A stretch of DNA of 64,000 bases from Patescibacteria group bacterium (GTDB taxonomy: Bacteria; Patescibacteriota; Microgenomatia; UBA8517). The stretch covers positions 38,444 to 102,443 of the forward strand of contig JALHYA010000008.1 in the NCBI GenBank assembly GCA_022868165.1. Direction: 5' to 3'. Position 1 is the stretch's first letter; every line of letters begins with the position of its first letter. Of the stretch, positions 48,247 to 58,291 are shown in pieces. The translations under genes were made by a program, and so were the position numbers. The notes below the pieces were generated by a model. It made no database searches and was not told the origin of the DNA. It saw nothing but the letters and a program-made list of their open reading frames with translations.

Positions 48247-49876
48247 ACGAAAAAAGGGAAATTACCGATAATGCTCCAATCAAGCTGATAATATCTGCCA
48301 AGCTCCTATACCATGGCTTAATTAGTCTTGCTTCTATTTTTGCATCGCCTGCAGGAACTTTAAAGCTAACCAGTCCCAACTGGCCTGTGGCCTGCGCTTT
48401 AACACCGCCACCATTCACTATAACTTCCCAATTTGGGAAATCAAAAGCAGGCAAAGAAACATATCCACCACCGCTTCCCGTTTTTACGTCAACCTTGTAC
48501 CAATTTGTACCTCTTTCGAAACTTACAGTATTAACTACCCCTTCGAGAACAATCAACGAATTGGGCACTTTGGAGGTAGGAGCCTTTGAAGCGCTTTTGG
48601 GTAAATAGTCATAAATACTCGCCGTAATTTGCCTCTCCAGGTTATCTCCCGAAAGTTTTTGGGCATCGGTAATATCGAACCAATCTTTGGGCCTGTAAAA
48701 ATTTCCGTAAAGAGCAAAAGTAGCTATCAGCAAGATTAGGACCAAAACCCAATAAATTTTCCCTTTAAAGGCTGATGCAAAAATTGCACCAAGGACCGAA
48801 GAGCAGAAGGTGGCCAACAGCATAAACCTCCATGGAAACTGAAGGAATTCCATAAAAGGTAGCGCTTTCCAAATAAAAGTAGAGCGTTCATGAGACAAAA
48901 AAGCGGCCAAAATAAAAAAGGCGACAAAAAATATTGAAGTGGTTTTGATTTCTTTCTTTTTGGTAATCAGTCCGTAGATGAATCCCAGTACAGCCGCAAA
49001 TGTACCGATTGGACCGAGACCCAAAAAAGCACTGTCATTCGGACCGGCAATTGATGGTCCATAGCCCCATCTTGTGGAAATAAAGATTTGTTTAAGGTTA
49101 ATAAAATGGGCCAAATAGTTAAAATAGCCGGACGTCAAAGTTTCAAGATGTACCAAATTTCTCTCGATAAAAAGTGGCAGCCAGAAAAAAGCGGATATTG
49201 CCAACCCGATGGCACCTGAAATTATGACTCGACCCAAGGTTTTCTTATCAATTTTTAGTTGGATAATTCTTAGAATTATCCAGCCGGCAACCAAGGGAAT
49301 GGTCATTAAAACGGTCAGGTTGTGGCAAATCATATAAATCCCCACGCTAATGGTAAAAATCCCCATCGAAATTTTGTTTTTGTTTTTAATAAGGTTTTCA
49401 AAACCCCAAAGAACCAGAGGCAAAGCCATAAGACCCCACGCCTCACCCATTCCCCCTCTAACAAAAATCTCGGCTGCTCTAAATGGAGCATACAAATATA
49501 GTATCGTTCCAAATAAAGATGCCTCTTTTGAAAAAAGATTTCTTAGAAAAAGGTAAAAGAAGATTGCCGAAAGGATTACGCTCAAAATAAATCCTGCCTT
49601 GACGGAATCGATAAAACCCAAGCCTCCAAGGTGAACAAGCTCCATTGCATAGTAAGGAAGGGGCGCATAATAGATATATAGCGGGTAACCATATCCGTAT
49701 CCCAAATCGGGCACCCATCTGCAAGGAATCTGGCCATCTTTAATACAACTATCCATATCTTTAAGTCGAATAATCTGCATATCGTCATACATCGAGAAGA
49801 ATCCCGGTCGAACCAAACTTTTTACTACGGGGATAATCAAAATCGTCAAAATTAAAATCCAGAGAATCTTTTTCAT
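48212..49876 (-). CDS. GT-C membrane protein, 'PTPS-related'/YfhO-like family (paralog)
   Basis: GQIPCRWVPDLGYGYGYP, FVRGGMGE, QFPWR, DYLP and FPNW motifs. Start set at ATG 49876. Confidence 0.75.
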   Translation of the reverse strand: MKKILWILILTILIIPVVKSLVRPGFFSMYDDMQIIRLKDMDSCIKDGQIPCRWVPDLGYGYGYPLYIYYAPLPYYAMELVHLGGLGFIDSVKAGFILSVILSAIFFYLFLRNLFSKEASLFGTILYLYAPFRAAEIFVRGGMGEAWGLMALPLVLWGFENLIKNKNKISMGIFTISVGIYMICHNLTVLMTIPLVAGWIILRIIQLKIDKKTLGRVIISGAIGLAISAFFWLPLFIERNLVHLETLTSGYFNYLAHFINLKQIFISTRWGYGPSIAGPNDSAFLGLGPIGTFAAVLGFIYGLITKKKEIKTTSIFFVAFFILAAFLSHERSTFIWKALPFMEFLQFPWRFMLLATFCSSVLGAIFASAFKGKIYWVLVLILLIATFALYGNFYRPKDWFDITDAQKLSGDNLERQITASIYDYLPKSASKAPTSKVPNSLIVLEGVVNTVSFERGTNWYKVDVKTGSGGGYVSLPAFDFPNWEVIVNGGGVKAQATGQLGLVSFKVPAGDAKIEARLIKPWYRSLADIISLIGALSVISLFSYEAILDKINKK

Positions 49877-49877
49877 A

Positions 49878-51560
49878 CTATTTTGCAGTAAGGACTTGGG
49901 AAGACGGATCAACAATCAAAATTGCCGGCTTTCCGTCGGGATAATAGACCGTATGGAGAGCAATTACCTTTCCGGGAAATTCCTCAGGTTTTCCAATAAA
50001 TAGAATTCCCGGTTTATCTTTATTATTATCATAATACAAACTCCCAAATCTATACTTACCTAGCCAGTATCCTTCCAGTCCATCTAAATAAAGAAAACCT
50101 TCTTGCTCATATCTCAACCATGTTTTCGACGCCAGTTGAACTTCGTGAGGGTCCCATTTTTCATAAAACTGTACCCAAATATTCGAAGCCCCCAGGCCCC
50201 TGCCTACATAAATCATCTCATAATTGCCCGCAATTTTGTTTACGTAAATAAAGGCTTCCTTCTCTCCGTATTGCATTGATTCGGCCGAGCCGTAAGGGGT
50301 ATGGTATAAATAGTCTTCAGTAAACACCAGCAGAGAGCCGAAGATTACTATTCCCAGAATTGAAAAGGTTGCAATTCTCCATGCTCCACGCAATTTTTCT
50401 TTGACGAAAGAGTAAAAGATGAAAAATCCGTAAGCTGAAAAAATTTCGATTGCCGGAAGCATTACTACAGCTCTATTTGCCGCATATCCTGGTCCCTTCG
50501 TCATTGCGGCGGCAAAGGGAGAAAGAACAATCCATAAAAATAAAAATCCAAGCAGCAAAGAATCCTTTTTTCGAATCAGGGCCACAAGCGCCAACACGAT
50601 AAATATTATTTCGAAGAAGTACATCACTCCCCTCCCAGGAATCATTCCATAGGACCACTCTCCTGCTCCCTGGAAGAATAAGAAATATGGAGAAAGATAG
50701 GAAAAATAATTCTGTAAAAATAAGTGTTCCACATATGCAGGTTTGTTTGAGAACACTCTGGCAACGCTGTCTGGAAGACCCAAAAGTACAGCTTCATATC
50801 TGCGCGTGCTTACCGCAGCCCATTTATCTGTGGGGTTGGTAATTAAGATATCGGATCCTCTTTTTCCAGCACCGAAAAAGAATGTCGAAAAAGCAGCCAC
50901 AAAGAAAAAAAGAAACACCAATATTGAAAGCCACTGACGTTTAAGCGAAAATTTTCTATAGAAAAAGATTGATAAAAGAAAAATGATGACTGGAGTAAAA
51001 AGCCGCGCACCATGATAAGAAAAGAGGTTAAGTCCAAACGATAGAGAGGCCAGAATCATCCATTTTGGTTTTTCAAGTCCCTTCAAAAAAGCCCAGATGC
51101 CCAGGGGAATAAAAAATGTACTTAGGTTTACTCCCAAACCTACTCGAGAAAGAGATATGTTCCAAGGAGAGATTGCCAAAAGCAAGGCGGACATAAGCGC
51201 AATTAATTCATTTTCCTTGTGTTCGCTGAACAATTTTTTGACCATAAGATATGTTGCAAGAACTGCCAAGGTTCCAAAGAGCGCACTCGGAAATCTTGTA
51301 GAGAATTCATTCAGTCCAAATACTGCAACTGAAGGTATCGTCAAATACCCATATAAAGGGAGTTTAAAATCTCCTAATGAGCGAAAAAGCAAAGGCCAAC
51401 TTACTCCCCATTGGTCGTGGCCGGTCTTTAACAGCGAGTAGGCATCATATCCTAAAGAAGCCTCGTCTTGGGTAAATCCGACAGGATGCAAACTTATATT
51501 CCATAAACACAAGAAAAAGGCCAGGATAATAATTAAACCCAAGACAAATTTGCGAATCAT
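49878..51560 (-). CDS. GT-C glycosyltransferase (PMT_2/GT83-like) paralog
   Basis: FTQDEASLGYDAYS..TGHDQWG..SLGDFK and MQYG motifs. Confidence 0.8.
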   Translation of the reverse strand: MIRKFVLGLIIILAFFLCLWNISLHPVGFTQDEASLGYDAYSLLKTGHDQWGVSWPLLFRSLGDFKLPLYGYLTIPSVAVFGLNEFSTRFPSALFGTLAVLATYLMVKKLFSEHKENELIALMSALLLAISPWNISLSRVGLGVNLSTFFIPLGIWAFLKGLEKPKWMILASLSFGLNLFSYHGARLFTPVIIFLLSIFFYRKFSLKRQWLSILVFLFFFVAAFSTFFFGAGKRGSDILITNPTDKWAAVSTRRYEAVLLGLPDSVARVFSNKPAYVEHLFLQNYFSYLSPYFLFFQGAGEWSYGMIPGRGVMYFFEIIFIVLALVALIRKKDSLLLGFLFLWIVLSPFAAAMTKGPGYAANRAVVMLPAIEIFSAYGFFIFYSFVKEKLRGAWRIATFSILGIVIFGSLLVFTEDYLYHTPYGSAESMQYGEKEAFIYVNKIAGNYEMIYVGRGLGASNIWVQFYEKWDPHEVQLASKTWLRYEQEGFLYLDGLEGYWLGKYRFGSLYYDNNKDKPGILFIGKPEEFPGKVIALHTVYYPDGKPAILIVDPSSQVLTAK

Positions 51561-51580
51561 AAACCTTATCTAAGATGATA

Positions 51581-53245
51581 TCAGTTCTTGGTGTAAACGT
51601 AAAAAATAGGAGTTCCGTCTGGGCCTCTGGATGTAAATATTAAGTTCAACTTTCCTGTATTAAAAATTTCGGGGTTGGTTACATCCTTCACGGCCGAAGC
51701 CACTATCAAATCTCCATGTTCCCCCAAATTTTCAACCGGTTTTTTGATATCTCCAAAATAATACTTACTGCCAAGCTTGAATCCGTTAAAGCTCGGGGCA
51801 ATGTTATCTGAAAAGGTGTCCCTTTCGAATTGTTTTTGGAAAAGTTTCATATCATATCCGTACCAAAAGAGAAACCTTTGAAGCATCGGTTCATGAGTAC
51901 TGTTTAGATATACCCTGTTATAACTTCCGTCGATGCCTTTAACATATTGGAGGGTTTCTTTAAAACCGTATTGCCATTGGCGCCACGTTTCATTGGGCCA
52001 AACAACAAAATAGCGATTCATAAACCTGGAAACCTCAAAAACCATAACCAGAGCGACCAAAATCACAATAATATTTCTGACTAACGGTCTTTTTAATTTT
52101 GTTAGAAAGTCAAAGCCAGCGGCGGAGAAAAAAATCAGCGGGGGAAGCATCAAAATAAGTCTTGATGCGTGCGTTCCTCCACCCTGAGTAAGGCTGGAGG
52201 GAATGGGGGCCAGTATAAGCCAAAGTGGAAAAATCCAGTTTAGCTTCTTGGAGGGTTTGCTTGTTGCAGCAAGGACAATTAGCACGACTCCGATTAGCAC
52301 AAGAAAAAAATCGAAATGGTACATCTCTCCAAATTCGTCTATGGAGCCGCGGGGATTGGGATCACCTTGAGCAAAGAGAAAATTGGAAGAAAAAGATTGC
52401 ATGTAATTACTGAAAACCAGGGAAGTTATAACTGTAGCCTTATTGTAAAAAAGTCTTCCAAGTATTCCATGTTCAAATACTCTTTCGTTTTCTACCCTGG
52501 CTACTATTTCAGCGGCGGGAGCAACGCTAATGTCCGATATCCTTCTGATGGTCTTTCCTTTTACTGTCCAAAGCAGGTAAGGTCCCAAAAACAAGATGGT
52601 GATTAGCGCCACCAACATGAGCTTTTTGATGCCGTATGAAAATACCTCCCGCCGAAAAATTATCAAAAGTCCCAAGACAAATAGGGGCACAAAAAGCGAA
52701 GAGACTGCATAAGAGTAAATGCTCAAGGAGAAAAGTATTGCGGACAGAATAAGATATTTGTAATTTTTTAGACCCTTAAGAAAAAGGTAGGTACCAAAAA
52801 TTATAAAGGGCAAAAGGATTCCCGCGTCGTTGGCTTCCCTGGAAAAATTGAAGTGCCAAGGAGAAAAAGTCATAAACAGTGAAGCGATTATTCCTAATTT
52901 CTTCCCGACAAGTTCCTTTACGAGAAGATAAAATGCAAGAATCGTCAAAAATCCCATTAAAACGGCCGGGCCTCTTACCCCTGTCTCGTTAAGACCGAAA
53001 AGTTTGATAAACGGAACATCCATGTAAAGCTGCATCGGTAGGCGGTATTCCGCAAAGCTATGGAAAAGAACAGGAAAAGAAGTTCCGAGATAATCTTTAC
53101 CGGTTGTCAAAATCGAATTCGCCTGAAGACCGACATCTAGTTCGTCACCGAAAAGCGAAATTGGAACACGGTTTATTTGCCAAATCCGAAAGTACGCACC
53201 GAGAAGAAAAGCAGCTATAACAATAATTGGAATTATTTTTTTCAT
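51581..53245 (-). CDS. GT-C glycosyltransferase (PMT_2/GT83-like) paralog
   Basis: LFGDELDVG...TGKDYLG...SFAEYR and WQYGFK motifs. ATG 53245 overlaps the asnB stop. Confidence 0.8.
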   Translation of the reverse strand: MKKIIPIIVIAAFLLGAYFRIWQINRVPISLFGDELDVGLQANSILTTGKDYLGTSFPVLFHSFAEYRLPMQLYMDVPFIKLFGLNETGVRGPAVLMGFLTILAFYLLVKELVGKKLGIIASLFMTFSPWHFNFSREANDAGILLPFIIFGTYLFLKGLKNYKYLILSAILFSLSIYSYAVSSLFVPLFVLGLLIIFRREVFSYGIKKLMLVALITILFLGPYLLWTVKGKTIRRISDISVAPAAEIVARVENERVFEHGILGRLFYNKATVITSLVFSNYMQSFSSNFLFAQGDPNPRGSIDEFGEMYHFDFFLVLIGVVLIVLAATSKPSKKLNWIFPLWLILAPIPSSLTQGGGTHASRLILMLPPLIFFSAAGFDFLTKLKRPLVRNIIVILVALVMVFEVSRFMNRYFVVWPNETWRQWQYGFKETLQYVKGIDGSYNRVYLNSTHEPMLQRFLFWYGYDMKLFQKQFERDTFSDNIAPSFNGFKLGSKYYFGDIKKPVENLGEHGDLIVASAVKDVTNPEIFNTGKLNLIFTSRGPDGTPIFYVYTKN

Positions 53246-55056
53246 GTCCAGTTGGTCAACCATCCGGATAGCATAACAAGCATCCAAATTGAACCGGCAT
53301 TGTTTTCCTTTCTTTCCTGATGGGCATTCCAGATTTTTTCAATCTTGCTTCGGTCAATATAATCATACAATTTTGGATTCCTAATTGCCTCATAGGCGAA
53401 ATCTTTGAGTTCTCCCCTTATCCATTTTGCAACAGGGATGCCAAAACCCTTTTTGGGCCTTTTGGCTACTTCAGGCAGCTTCCTTTTAAGAAGATTTCTT
53501 AAAAGAATTTTTGTTTCCAGTAGATTTACATGGTTGCGAGGATAGGAATATGCATAATCGATAACGTCGTTGTCCAAATATGGGACTCTTACCTCCAAAG
53601 AGTTATACATCGAAGCCCTGTCGGTCTTAACCAAAAAATCATCTCTCAAATAGGTGTAATAATCTGTAATTTGCGCCTGACGAACGGGGTTGACACTATC
53701 GAGCTTCGGCATCACCTTACTTAGCCAAGAAAATTCCGGTTTCTTATAGAGAATGTTTTCGCCTCTAAAAAAGGTACGCATCATATATAAGTGTCTGTCT
53801 ACGGGCTCTTTACGAACTCCCTTTAAAACTATTTTGGCCAACTCCTTGGGTGGATAATTTTTGTCCGATTCCGGAAGCATATTTAAAAGAAAAATAGATG
53901 AATCCAAAACGAATTTGGGCAAGTATTTTAGCTTCTCGGCAATAATTTGCGCCTGATAGGTAGGATATCCTCCGAAAAGTTCGTCTCCTCCGTCACCGCT
54001 AAGGGCTACGGTCACATATTTTCGTGCAAGCTTGCTGACTTTGTAGGTGGGAAAAAAGGAAGCATCGGCCAGGGGCTCATCAAGAAGTTTGGTAAGAGAT
54101 TTATATAAATCGGGAATTTCTTTTACTTCAAAAGTTTCACTGTAATGTTTGGTTCCCAACTTTTTCGCAACAGTCTTTGCATACTGCGATTCGTCAAAGC
54201 TCTGTTCCTTAAAACCTATGGAAAACGATTTCAAACTTTTTATTTCAGAAATAAAACAGGAAAGAAGGCTTGAATCAAGACCACCACTAAGAAGCACGCC
54301 CACCGGGACATCCGCATGAAGTTGACCAACAACGGCATCTCTTAACAGCTCTTTCAACGGTTTTTCCGACATGGGTTTTGAAGGATTGATTTCAAAAAAT
54401 TTCCTTATTGTTAATCCCCTTTTTGAAAAAGTGAGCGAATGTCCGGGAAGAAGTTTAACTATACCCTCAAACATTGATTTTTCCGATGGAATATAGCCGA
54501 AATAGCAATAAAGACTAAGCGCATCTTTATCTACTTTTCTATTAAATCCCGGGACTTTCAAAATAGTTTTGACTTCCGAACCGAAGACAAGCTTGTTCCC
54601 CGACCGGGAAAAATATAGAGGTTTTATTCCCGCCCTGTCCCTTGCGATAAATAACTCTTTCTTCTTGTCATCCCAAATTGCGAAAGCAAACATCCCGTTT
54701 AAATATTTGGCCATGTTGTAGCCGTATTTTTCGTAAAGATGAAGTAAAACTTCGGTATCGCTTTCGGTCTTAAATTCGTGTCCGTCCCTTTTGAGTTCTT
54801 GAACAAGTTCCCGATAGTTATAAATTTCCCCGTTATAGATTACGGTTAAGCTTTCGTCCTCATTTTTGATTGGCTGGTCACCCGTAACCAAGTCGATAAT
54901 ACTTAAACGTCGCACTCCGAGACCTGCTTTTTTGTCGCTACTTACAAAAATGCCCGAAGAATCGGGTCCCCGATAAACAATCTCCCCTATCATGAAGGAA
55001 ATTACCGAGGGGTTAACGCCCGAAGAAAAATCAACGTATCCCGCTATCCCGCACAT
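53242..55056 (-). CDS. asnB: Asparagine-synthase-like glutamine amidotransferase (AsnB/WbpS-like)
   Basis: MCGIAG (Ntn Cys), RGPD, RRLSIID, NGEIYN, LSGGLDSS, SGDGGDELFGGY and LEVRVPYLD motifs. Confidence 0.92.
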   Translation of the reverse strand: MCGIAGYVDFSSGVNPSVISFMIGEIVYRGPDSSGIFVSSDKKAGLGVRRLSIIDLVTGDQPIKNEDESLTVIYNGEIYNYRELVQELKRDGHEFKTESDTEVLLHLYEKYGYNMAKYLNGMFAFAIWDDKKKELFIARDRAGIKPLYFSRSGNKLVFGSEVKTILKVPGFNRKVDKDALSLYCYFGYIPSEKSMFEGIVKLLPGHSLTFSKRGLTIRKFFEINPSKPMSEKPLKELLRDAVVGQLHADVPVGVLLSGGLDSSLLSCFISEIKSLKSFSIGFKEQSFDESQYAKTVAKKLGTKHYSETFEVKEIPDLYKSLTKLLDEPLADASFFPTYKVSKLARKYVTVALSGDGGDELFGGYPTYQAQIIAEKLKYLPKFVLDSSIFLLNMLPESDKNYPPKELAKIVLKGVRKEPVDRHLYMMRTFFRGENILYKKPEFSWLSKVMPKLDSVNPVRQAQITDYYTYLRDDFLVKTDRASMYNSLEVRVPYLDNDVIDYAYSYPRNHVNLLETKILLRNLLKRKLPEVAKRPKKGFGIPVAKWIRGELKDFAYEAIRNPKLYDYIDRSKIEKIWNAHQERKENNAGSIWMLVMLSGWLTNWT

Positions 55057-56012
55057 TAAAACCTTTCAATTTCTTTAATCTCATAGATTGGTTTTCCCTG
55101 CGATTCAAAATATGTACGAACCTGAAGTTCCGCCAAAAGGCCCATCAAAATGAATTGTGTGCCTAAAAGAACCAAAAAAACGGCTATAAGAAAAAGCGGA
55201 TCCGTATGAACAAAAATTCCCAAGAAAATTTTTCTGTATGCGACAGCAAGAAGAGAAATTCCTCCAAAAAAAAGGCTGCCCAAACCTAAACTTCCGAAAA
55301 CATATGAAGGCTTTGTCCCGTAAGAACTTAAAAACTTCACCGTAATTAAATCGATTATGGTTTTTATAATTCTGCTATAGCCATATTTTGATTTGCCCTT
55401 GAGTCTTGGTCTATGGTTAACAACTACTTCGGCAACCTTCGCCCCTTTTAGGTAGACCAGAACTGGAAGAATCCGATGCAATTCCCCATATAGCTGCAGA
55501 TCCTCCAGGAATTCTTTTTTAACAACCCTTGCCGAACAGCCTACGTCATGGAAGGGGTAGTTAAAAAGAACTTGGATCAATTTATTGGCACTCACTGAGA
55601 AAATTCTCCTTACGGTTTTATCTTTCCTTTGCTTTCTCCAACCAAAGGCGGCATCATAACCTTCGTTGATTTTTTCCAAGAATTTAGGTAGAGCTCCAGG
55701 GTCATTTTGCAAATCCGCATCCAAAAACGAAACAAGGTTGCCAGAAGATTTATCGATTCCTGCCGAAATTGCTGCGGTCTGCCCGAAATTTTTCCTGAAA
55801 GAAACTATTTTAATCCTTATATCTCCATCTTTAGTCTTTTTAACCGCATTTTCCAAAACAGAGGCTGAAGAGTCGGTGCTTCCGTCATTTACATAAACAA
55901 TCTCCGTTTCCATGCCGAGCTTCCTTAAAACACCAATCAACTCTTTGTGGAGTATGGGCAAGTTGTTTTCCTCATTAAAAAAAGGAACAACGACCGAAAG
56001 AGAATTGTTCAT
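55056..56012 (-). CDS. ArnC/GtrB-like GT2 (polyprenol-phosphate sugar synthase) with two C-terminal TMs
   Basis: VPFFNEE, NFGQTAA, DADLQNDP, GELHR and GKSKYG motifs. Confidence 0.88.
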   Translation of the reverse strand: MNNSLSVVVPFFNEENNLPILHKELIGVLRKLGMETEIVYVNDGSTDSSASVLENAVKKTKDGDIRIKIVSFRKNFGQTAAISAGIDKSSGNLVSFLDADLQNDPGALPKFLEKINEGYDAAFGWRKQRKDKTVRRIFSVSANKLIQVLFNYPFHDVGCSARVVKKEFLEDLQLYGELHRILPVLVYLKGAKVAEVVVNHRPRLKGKSKYGYSRIIKTIIDLITVKFLSSYGTKPSYVFGSLGLGSLFFGGISLLAVAYRKIFLGIFVHTDPLFLIAVFLVLLGTQFILMGLLAELQVRTYFESQGKPIYEIKEIERF

Positions 56013-56057
56013 TTATCTAAAGGAAATTATATATCATTTGGGAGGCTAATACCTGTT

Positions 56058-57482
56058 TTAAGAAACTCGATACCAGGCGTTAACATCGAGAAAATAAATT
56101 TCTTTTATTGCCATTGCGCACAGAAACGCCAATATTGCCAATACAACCAATTGATAAACTCTTTTCATCCAAATCTTATCAATAAAAATCGTTCCGGCAA
56201 ACACGGACAGCAAAAAAACCAAAGCGACTCTAAGCCACGGAACAAACTTGCTGAAACCTTCAATCCCATAAAGCCTATGCAAACTAGTACCGAATGGAAA
56301 AAGGGAAATTCCAAGAAAGGCAAAGAAATTAGGTTCTCGAAGTACTTTCTCTATAAAATATGCTAATTCGATAATTATTAAAGAAAGGAAGGGAAATCTG
56401 TACCAACCAAAACTCTCGCTTCCGAAAATTATAAAAACAATCAAATAAGAAAACACAGAAATTGTCAGAATTGTCGTCCCTCTTCTCTTTTTCCATTCTG
56501 CAATTGAGACAATAAAAGTTGCTACCCAGGATGCTAGAATCCAGCCGTCGCTAAGGAATTTTGTTGCGGTGATTTTAGACTGCGTAACGGCTGAAAGAAA
56601 AACCTCCGCTCCGGAACCGTAAAGGCGTCCTGCTTGGGCAAAAAATACATTTTTAAAAACTTCCCAATCGTAATATGCCCCATAAGCGAAGAATGCCACA
56701 AGTCCCGAAATTCCTATTATAAAAACAAGCGTCAGATTACGAAGTTTTTCTCTCTTCGAGTCATAGGCCAAGATAATCAAAAGCAAACTGATAAGAACAG
56801 CAATTCCGGAAAGTTTGAAGAGGATAGCTACCGCAGAAATAATTGCCGCCAATATAAGAAATGCTCGTTTTTTCTTCTTTAGGTATAAATCCGCCAGAAT
56901 TAGTGCTCCAAGAAAAAGAGGGATATAACCGTTTTCTGCAAGAACAAGACGTGAAGAAATTACTGCAGTGGGGATAATAGAGTATAGAAGTGCCGAAAGA
57001 AGACCAACCCATTTATTATAAAGTCTGGTGGCCAAAACGAAAATGAGAAAAGTTGTTAATATAGCGATCCTAAGCATTGGTCTTCGTATAATACCCACGC
57101 CTGTTTGGTAGAACTGCCGGGCCCCCTTTAGATAGGAATAACCCCCAATAATAAGTGCGAAGCCGGGTGGATGATCAAACCATGGTTTGGTCATTCGAAA
57201 TGCAAAATGCTCAGGATCGTTTGTGTCCAAATTATCGACATTGATTTTTTCGTACCAGATATTTTGGCCTGCATCTACTATTCCGGTCCAGCCAATCGGG
57301 ATTCCTTGTTGGATTAAGCTCAAGCCCACCCAAGCAAAATCATATTCATCTGCCGTTTCGCCCGGATGAGGAACAGTGTCGTAATTATAAGAACGTAATT
57401 TGTTCCCCAATAAAAGAATCGCAAAGAGGGCCAGAATAATAATTATTTCTTTTTTGGCTATCCGCCAAATATTTTTTGCCAT
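56058..57482 (-). CDS. GT-C fold membrane glycosyltransferase
   Basis: ETADEYD, DHPPG, SSRLVLAE and GWYR motifs; multi-pass. Start set at ATG 57482. Confidence 0.75.
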   Translation of the reverse strand: MAKNIWRIAKKEIIIILALFAILLLGNKLRSYNYDTVPHPGETADEYDFAWVGLSLIQQGIPIGWTGIVDAGQNIWYEKINVDNLDTNDPEHFAFRMTKPWFDHPPGFALIIGGYSYLKGARQFYQTGVGIIRRPMLRIAILTTFLIFVLATRLYNKWVGLLSALLYSIIPTAVISSRLVLAENGYIPLFLGALILADLYLKKKKRAFLILAAIISAVAILFKLSGIAVLISLLLIILAYDSKREKLRNLTLVFIIGISGLVAFFAYGAYYDWEVFKNVFFAQAGRLYGSGAEVFLSAVTQSKITATKFLSDGWILASWVATFIVSIAEWKKRRGTTILTISVFSYLIVFIIFGSESFGWYRFPFLSLIIIELAYFIEKVLREPNFFAFLGISLFPFGTSLHRLYGIEGFSKFVPWLRVALVFLLSVFAGTIFIDKIWMKRVYQLVVLAILAFLCAMAIKEIYFLDVNAWYRVS

Positions 57483-58279
57483 TTTTGCGAAAGCCAAATA
57501 ATTATAAATAATATATAATATTTGATTGGTCCATGATAAATCTTACTGCCTGGAATTAACCTTCTCCACTGGTTTTTTCTATCTGCTACTTTCTTCCCGC
57601 TTGCTCCTAAGTAATGAACAATCTCGGCATCCGGCAAAAAATAGACTTTAAGCCCTGACTTCCAAACCCTTCTGCAATAGTCGAAATCTTCAAGATAAAA
57701 AAAGTATCTCTCGTCTAAAAGTCCAACTTTTTTTAGTCCTAGAGGAGTAATTAAAAACGCGGTCGCAACCGCTATGTCGACCGTTCGCGGGTTCGTTCCC
57801 TCAGGAGAATATTTCTCATAGGCTCCTTTTTGCCCCAGCCAATATTCTTTTATCGCACCGCAAATTGCAGGGAAGTTGTAACAGGAAGCCTGGATACTTC
57901 CGTCGGGATTAAGAAGTTTGGCCCCGATAACACCAGCATCTTGGGTTTTCTCGGCGAAATGCATAAGCGTTCCTAACGCTTTTGCCTTAACCTTAGTATC
58001 TGAGTTAAGAAGAAGTATATATTTACCTTTCGCAACTTTTATTCCCTGATTATTTGCCCTGGCAAATCCCAAGTTCTGACGATTCTCCAGAAGTTTAAAA
58101 TTAGAAAGAGTCGATTGATATTCTCGAAGCATACTAACGGAATCGTCTTTCGAATCGTTGTCGACAACCAGGATTTCGTAATTCACTCCCGAGGAATTTT
58201 TCAGGATAGACTCTATACACTCACGGGTCAGTTTTTCTGTGTTAAAACTGACGATTATTATTGATAATTCCGGTTTCAT
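57458..58279 (-). CDS. GT2 glycosyltransferase (WbbL/rhamnosyltransferase-like)
   Basis: IIVSFN, VDNDS, NLGFARANN, LLNSD and DERYFFYLED motifs. Confidence 0.87.
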   Translation of the reverse strand: MKPELSIIIVSFNTEKLTRECIESILKNSSGVNYEILVVDNDSKDDSVSMLREYQSTLSNFKLLENRQNLGFARANNQGIKVAKGKYILLLNSDTKVKAKALGTLMHFAEKTQDAGVIGAKLLNPDGSIQASCYNFPAICGAIKEYWLGQKGAYEKYSPEGTNPRTVDIAVATAFLITPLGLKKVGLLDERYFFYLEDFDYCRRVWKSGLKVYFLPDAEIVHYLGASGKKVADRKNQWRRLIPGSKIYHGPIKYYILFIIIWLSQKWQKIFGG

Positions 58280-58291
58280 TCTTGAGACGTA

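Noticed and set aside
46564-49876. Literal 6-pyruvoyl-tetrahydropterin synthase activity
   Set aside because: The family name is historical. These are multi-pass membrane proteins with no T-fold or PTPS catalytic motifs.
41744-51441. Numerous 60-150 aa alternate-frame or antisense ORFs inside GT-C genes
   Set aside because: They show no recognisable motifs and are expected by-products of biased codon usage in hydrophobic genes.
53242-55056. Housekeeping asparagine biosynthesis role for the AsnB-like gene
   Set aside because: It is translationally coupled between glycosyltransferases, so glycan amidation (WbpS-like) is more likely, though not proven.
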